A stretch of 64,000 nt of DNA from Malacoraja senta (taxonomy: Eukaryota): the NCBI GenBank assembly GCA_038087875.1, contig CM075998.1, positions 808,001-872,000 of the forward strand. The letters are read 5' to 3'. Positions 63,469-64,000 of the stretch are shown here, one piece after another (the first letter of the stretch is position 1; every line of letters begins with the position of its first letter). The notes beneath the pieces were generated by a model. That model was given only the letters and a program-made list of their open reading frames with translations, was not told the DNA's origin and did not search any database. A program made the position numbers and the translations under genes.

Positions 63469-64000
63469 AAGATCAAACCGAGAGAGTCGTGAGCTCCTGT
63501 ATCCTCCCAGAGCGCGACTTGACAGGTAAACATCCAGACACCCAGGTGGAGACAAAGACTGGAGTTGAGAGTGGTCTGCCACTCGAGAAAGTTGTGACTG
63601 TCCCTCAACACACAGAGAAAGACTACGTCAAACTTAAACCCCAGTCCTTGCCCGTCATTGCTGAGAAGAGCCCGGGTGTAATGAGAAGCCCCAGTGGCAA
63701 CCAGGGTAAAACAGAGCCCAAAACCTCAGGGAGAAGAGAGAAGCCGGTCCGGCAGACCAACCGCCTGTCCTGGCAAGAGAGTGAAATGAAGGTGAAAATC
63801 CAAGTGAGCAGCAAGAAGTATCCACGAGTGGAGAGCTTGGGAAGTGCCGGTGAGATGCTGCACAGGAGAGTGGGCCAGACTGCGGCTGAACAAGGGAGAG
63901 GGAAGAGCAGGACCTTGGATAACAGTGACATCCACACTCTTTCCGAAGAGCTCGAGCAGGGTCACGACATCCCAACCCCAGAAAAAACAAAGTCGGGTGC
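63330..64000 (+). CDS. AGAP2: AGAP2 PIKE-L-type first exon, 3' reading frame (open to the window end; absent from the ORF track)
   Basis: Frame shifted by -1 relative to the ATG frame, stop-free from 63330 to 64000; encodes RLSWQESE (63762-63785) and GKSRTLDNSD (63900-63929), matching PIKE-L RLSWPESE and GKSKTLDNSD. Confidence 0.82.

Overview
Repeat-rich vertebrate genomic DNA, very probably from a cartilaginous fish (skate/ray-type HE1 V-SINEs, CR1/HER1-like LINEs, Deu-SINEs and Penelope-derived repeats; the organism is an inference). Two genes are arranged head-to-head. (1) A complete 6-exon tetraspanin-31 gene lies on the minus strand (CDS 17097 to 4800, 210 aa); its intron 2 carries minor-spliceosome (U12) signals. 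(2) The 5' part of an AGAP-family gene, AGAP2/PIKE by synteny and motifs, lies on the plus strand. It has a short-isoform first coding exon at 31261-31423 and, about 31 kb downstream, a long PIKE-L-type first exon starting at 62854 that runs off the window and changes reading frame within 63330-63465. The rest is intronic or intergenic DNA full of transposon relics, including an internally deleted LTR element with a tRNA-Ser primer site, PIF/Harbinger-like and hAT MITEs, nested LINEs and many hammerhead-ribozyme-like palindromic repeats. There is a 200-N assembly gap at 3187-3386. Repeat boundaries are approximate (read by eye), and family names come from recalled consensus sequences, not database searches.
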